DNA of 64,000 nt from an uncultured Gemmatimonadales bacterium (GTDB taxonomy: Bacteria > Gemmatimonadota > Gemmatimonadetes > Gemmatimonadales > GWC2-71-9): assembly GCA_963739455.1 (NCBI GenBank), contig CAVUAK010000003.1, positions 96,001-160,000 on the forward strand, in the 5' to 3' direction. The notes below the pieces were generated by a model, which saw only the letters and a list, made by a program, of their open reading frames with translations, made no database searches and was not told the DNA's origin. A program made the position numbers and the translations under genes. This document shows, piece by piece, positions 60,375-64,000 of the stretch (its first letter is position 1; each line of letters opens with the position of its first letter).

Positions 60375-61526
60375 TCAGCCATCCAGCGCCTGCTCCAGGT
60401 CGGCGATGAGGTCGTCGGCATCCTCGATCCCGCAGCTGACGCGGAGGAATCCGTCGGGGATGCCCATCGCCGCGCGGCCCTCGGGGCCGAGCGCCCGGTG
60501 CGACGTGAGTCGGGGTTCGGAAACAAGGCTCTCGACGCCGGCGAGGCTTGGCGCGTGGGTGATCAGCTGCAACCGTCCCAGCATGCGCTCCGTGGCGGCG
60601 GCCCCGCCCGCCAGCTCGAGGCCGAGCATGCCGCCAAAGCCATCGAGCAGGCGCGCGGCGATCGCGTGGTCGGGATGCGAGGCCAGGCCGGGATAGTGCA
60701 CCCGGGCGACTGCCGGGTGCTTGCTGGCCCAGGTGGCCACCGCCAGGCCGTTGCTGTTGTGCCGCTCCATCCGCACCGCCAGCGTGCGCATGCCGCGATC
60801 GATGAGCCACGCCGAGTGCGGGTCCAGCGAGGAGCCCCAGAGCTTCATGAGGCGCGTCACTTCCTCGATGACCGAGTGGCTGCCGGCCACCGCGCCGGCG
60901 ATCACGTCGCTGTGGCCGTTGAGGTACTTGGTGGCGCTCGAGATGACCACGTCCGCGCCATGCTCGAGGGCCCGGTAGTTGATCGGGCTCGCGAAGGTGG
61001 CGTCCACCAGCAGGCCGATGCCGTCGTGCCGGGCAATCTTGGCGATCGGCTCCAGGTCGAGGACCCGCATCAGCGGGTTGGTGGGCGTCTCGACGAAGAT
61101 GGCGCGTGTATTGGGGCGCAGCGCCTGGCGCCAGGCGCGCGGCTCGTCGGGCGCCACGTAGCTCACCGTGATGCCGAAGCGGCCGAACTCCTCATCGAAC
61201 AGCTTCTTGGTGCCGCCGTAGATCCATGAACTGGAGACGAGGTGGTCTCCCGGTCGCAGCATCGCCAGGTGCGCCAGCGCCGTCGCCGCCATGCCGCTCG
61301 ACAGGAAGAGCGCGGTCTCCGCGCCCTCGAGCATGGCGTACTTCTTCGCGATGTCCACCTGGTTCGGGTTGTTGCCGTACCGGGTGTACAGCACCTCGTC
61401 GGACGACCCGATCGGGTTGGTGAAGGTGCTCGTCTGCAGCAGGGGAGGCACCACCGGGCTCCAGTCGGGCCGGCGATGGGGAAGGCCATGGATCGCGGTG
61501 GTGGAAAAGCCCTGGCGCCGGGTCAT
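60375..61526 (-). CDS. Cys/Met metabolism PLP enzyme (cystathionine gamma-synthase/lyase or methionine gamma-lyase)
   Basis: YTRYGNNP, SSGMAA, ETPTNP, DATFASP, SATKYLNGHSD, SLAGVESL. Confidence 0.9.
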   Translation of the reverse strand: MTRRQGFSTTAIHGLPHRRPDWSPVVPPLLQTSTFTNPIGSSDEVLYTRYGNNPNQVDIAKKYAMLEGAETALFLSSGMAATALAHLAMLRPGDHLVSSSWIYGGTKKLFDEEFGRFGITVSYVAPDEPRAWRQALRPNTRAIFVETPTNPLMRVLDLEPIAKIARHDGIGLLVDATFASPINYRALEHGADVVISSATKYLNGHSDVIAGAVAGSHSVIEEVTRLMKLWGSSLDPHSAWLIDRGMRTLAVRMERHNSNGLAVATWASKHPAVARVHYPGLASHPDHAIAARLLDGFGGMLGLELAGGAAATERMLGRLQLITHAPSLAGVESLVSEPRLTSHRALGPEGRAAMGIPDGFLRVSCGIEDADDLIADLEQALDG

Positions 61527-62059
61527 GCGAGCGGAAGCCTCACGAAACCGCCCGTGGCGGAACGGCAGACCCCGAGCGCCAGCGCGGCATCGAGTGCCTC
61601 GGCGGTGCGCGTGTCGGCCCAGCCAAGGCGCTGTGACAGCGCAACTGCCGGGAGCGGTATGGCCGATTCAAGGGTGTCGAAGAGGTGGCGCACGTCGGTC
61701 GGGACGCAACCGAGCAGCGTAATGGTCCCATCCGCAAGCACCGCCACGGCGAGCTGCTGGTGCTCGAGCACGGCGTGGATTGATTCCCAGAGGTGTTCGT
61801 CGAGCCCGCGCAGGGCCACGATGCGCCCCAGCCGCTCCTTGGCCAGCCGCACCAGCTTGGCCACCACCTCGTCGGCGCAACTGAGGTCGAGCAGCACCAC
61901 GTCGGAGAAGTCGAGCATCGCCGTTTCCCACTCCGACGTGGCGAGCACCGACTCGATCCGGCCACGCACCGCCACCCCGGTGGGGCGGGTGACGAGGTTG
62001 AGGTACGGCGTGGTGACCGCCTCGCGCAGCATGCGCGCCACCGCGATCGTCTCGATCAC
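61523..62059 (-). CDS. STAS-like (DUF4325-like) protein with a possible C-terminal wHTH
   Basis: LVTRPTGVAVR..LDFSDVVLLDLSCADEVVAKL. GTG start overlaps the reconstructed upstream stop. Confidence 0.65.
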   Translation of the reverse strand: MIETIAVARMLREAVTTPYLNLVTRPTGVAVRGRIESVLATSEWETAMLDFSDVVLLDLSCADEVVAKLVRLAKERLGRIVALRGLDEHLWESIHAVLEHQQLAVAVLADGTITLLGCVPTDVRHLFDTLESAIPLPAVALSQRLGWADTRTAEALDAALALGVCRSATGGFVRLPLA

Positions 62060-62957
62060 GTGGTGCCGGCGTCCTGGGAGGGGATGGTCACCTGCAGCTG
62101 GGCTCCGGGGAAAAAGGACAGGTCCTCCACCAGCGGGACGTCGTCGTCCCATGCGGGACGATCGCAATACGCGCCGTGCCACTGCGCACGCTGATCTTGC
62201 CTTGCCACCGCTGCAGGTAGCGCTTGATGCCCGCCAGGCCCTGGCCCCGGCCCGGGTCGCGGAACCGGCTGACGCCCTGGATGAGGGCGGCCTCGAGTGC
62301 CGTGCCGTCGCGCCAGCGATCACCGTAGCGCTTGGCTTGCGTGGGCTCGAGCGAACGACGGAAGCCAATGCCGGAATCGCTCACGGCAATGACGGCGACG
62401 CGCTTCCCAAGCCGCCTTCGGTAGTTGTACGCCTGCACCGCGACCCAGCCACCGGTGCCCGCATGCTCCACAATATTCTGGCATGCCTCCGAAAGCGCCA
62501 TGGCAAAGCCCATCGTCGCCTTCGCCTCGAGCCCCAGCTCGCCGGCCAGGATGCGCGACGCGCCCTCCTGGATGCGGCCCACCACCTCGTGGACGTCCTC
62601 GGTGGCGCGCACCGGCGTGATCTCCAGCAGCGTGTCGGCCGGCTGCGCGCCCCGCGCCTTCGGCAGCTTGCCATGGAACTCGAACAGCTCGCCCGCATGC
62701 TGGAAGAACGCAATGCGCCCCCAGTAGCTGCGCACGTCGTCGGCCGTGGGAATGGCCAGCAACGGCTTCTCGCCACCCGCCTCGATGATCGCCTGTGCCG
62801 CGGTGAGCAGGCCGATCAGGGCGTAGGGCGCCGCCCACTGCACGCCGCGGGCATCGAAGAAGAGCCGGTCGGATGGCGGCCACACGCCGATTGATTGCGC
62901 GAGCTGGTCGAGGCCCTGCTCATCGAACTGCGCCGGCACATCGACAATCCGGCTCAC
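62056..62957 (-). CDS. STAS-like plus HATPase_c (anti-sigma-type kinase-like) protein (probable indel near 62153)
   Basis: N box LSEACQNIVEHA, G1 VSDSGIGF, G2 RGQGL. The restored C-terminus WDDDVPLVEDLSFFPGAQLQVTIP..* ends at 62056. Confidence 0.78.
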
Positions 62958-63880
62958 GGCGTCACCAGCTCGCCGCGCAGGTGCTGGGCGAGGCCTCGTG
63001 CGCCACGAAACGACGCGTTGCGCGAGGCCGCGTCGACGGCGCGCCGGAGTGCCGCCTCGGTGTCGTCGCCGGCCAGCAGCCTGGCGCAGAGCGCGGCGCC
63101 GAACACGTCACCGCAGCCGGTCGGGTCGGGATCGGCAACGTACGGAGCAGGAATCAGCGCGGTCCGGATCGCCGCCGATTCGCCCGCCCCCGGCGCGGCG
63201 ACGTAGACCACGCCCCGTGGTCCCAGCGTCACCGCCATCAGCGTGACCCCCTGCGCCATCGCCTGTGCGGCAACCACGAGCGGGTCGCGAGAGATCTGCT
63301 GCATCTCTTCCTCGTTCATCTGCACCACGTCGAAGCAGCCGAACCAGCGCTCCGGGTCGGCCAGTGGCTGGAGTGTCCGGATGCCGTCGCCCTGCATGCC
63401 GAGGAAAAGGCTGTGCAGGTCGGCGTAGGTCGGCTTCTTGAATCCCTGGCGCAGTGCCTGCGCCGTGCCCAGGCACATCTCGAACCCCGAAATGAAGTTG
63501 ACGTAGACCGCATCGAGGTCGGTTACCATCGGGCCGAGTTCGCCCCAGTTCCACGACGGCACACCGCCACTCATCCGCTCGCAACGGCGCTCGGCGGACT
63601 GGTAGCGAAGCACTACCCGGTTGTTCGGCACCGGTACCTCGATGCAGCGCCCGCCGGGCACGAGCCGCGTCAGCGTGCCCATGAATCGCGCCGCCTCGGC
63701 GCTCAGGTCGCGACCGACCTTGATGAGCGGCACAATCTCCCAGTCCTCGGGCAGGTGCGCATCGAGGCTCGACAGCGCGTAGGCGATGCCGCCCCACTCC
63801 TCGACCGGCGCCGACGCGGGATCCCGCCCATGAATCACGTCCCATACGAGGGACCCGACGACCCCAAGCTTTTTCGTCAC
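62954..63880 (-). CDS. PfkB-family carbohydrate kinase
   Basis: WGGIAY, QMNEEE, VTLGPRG, DPTGCGDVFGA. Confidence 0.88.
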   Translation of the reverse strand: MTKKLGVVGSLVWDVIHGRDPASAPVEEWGGIAYALSSLDAHLPEDWEIVPLIKVGRDLSAEAARFMGTLTRLVPGGRCIEVPVPNNRVVLRYQSAERRCERMSGGVPSWNWGELGPMVTDLDAVYVNFISGFEMCLGTAQALRQGFKKPTYADLHSLFLGMQGDGIRTLQPLADPERWFGCFDVVQMNEEEMQQISRDPLVVAAQAMAQGVTLMAVTLGPRGVVYVAAPGAGESAAIRTALIPAPYVADPDPTGCGDVFGAALCARLLAGDDTEAALRRAVDAASRNASFRGARGLAQHLRGELVTP

Positions 63881-63999
63881 GTCCCCGCCCTCCCCGCCCT
63901 CCCCGCCTTCCCCGCCTTCACGCCTTCCTCTTCAACCAGAAACGCCCGCGCCGCGCCATACACCCCCGCGGTGCCGGTGAGCACGCCCGGTACGATGCG
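63877..63999 (-). CDS. C-terminal fragment of a probable ROK-family sugar kinase, truncated by the window edge
   Basis: RIVPGVLTGTAGVYGAARAFLVEEEGVKAGKAGRAGRAGT*. AGxxGAA is the typical ROK C-terminus. Stop overlaps the PfkB GTG. Confidence 0.6.
   Translation of the reverse strand, partial: RIVPGVLTGTAGVYGAARAFLVEEEGVKAGKAGRAGRAGT
63882..63917. repeat. Tandem nonamer (TCCCCGCCY)x4 inside the ROK 3' end
   Basis: Direct read; translated on the minus strand as KAG-KAG-RAG-RAG. Confidence 0.9.
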
Positions 64000-64000
64000 G

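Noticed and set aside
1..64000. Prophage, defence island, rRNA or tRNA genes
   Set aside because: No hallmark genes, cloverleaf structures or marked compositional shift seen by eye; a tRNAscan/DefenseFinder run would be needed to exclude them formally.

Overview
High-GC bacterial chromosomal window with about 60 densely packed genes. The gene content and the short tandem repeats at gene junctions suggest Gemmatimonadota, but that is inference. I found no rRNA, tRNA, CRISPR array, transposase, integrase or phage gene. Housekeeping genes include uvrA, uup, pgm, mgtE, osmC, pckG, nfo and ftsE-ftsX-envC. About 15 single-base frameshifts break otherwise intact genes, nearly all between 7.5 and 28 kb. 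These are most likely uncorrected long-read indels, so I reconstructed those genes across the shifts. Most notable modules: (1) an ECF sigma/anti-sigma/Spy-CpxP-like operon with a divergent Spy-like gene, driven by two back-to-back CCAAC-N17-CGTA promoters; (2) a lipoprotein PQQ alcohol dehydrogenase with the lanthanide-type D-x-D motif, plus its cytochrome c, next to an OMP-triheme cytochrome pair; (3) a BlaI plus BlaR1-like M56 protease whose sensor is HEAT repeats, followed by a second HEAT-repeat protein, with two TACA-NN-TGTA operators; (4) a Lys-rich CYTH-like protein coupled to a split chromate-type transporter pair; (5) a STAS-HATPase/STAS pair inside a sugar kinase-ftsEX-envC operon; (6) a candidate structured sRNA or leader at about 22.4 kb; (7) five 7-9 bp tandem-repeat arrays at gene junctions, some inverted and some translated.
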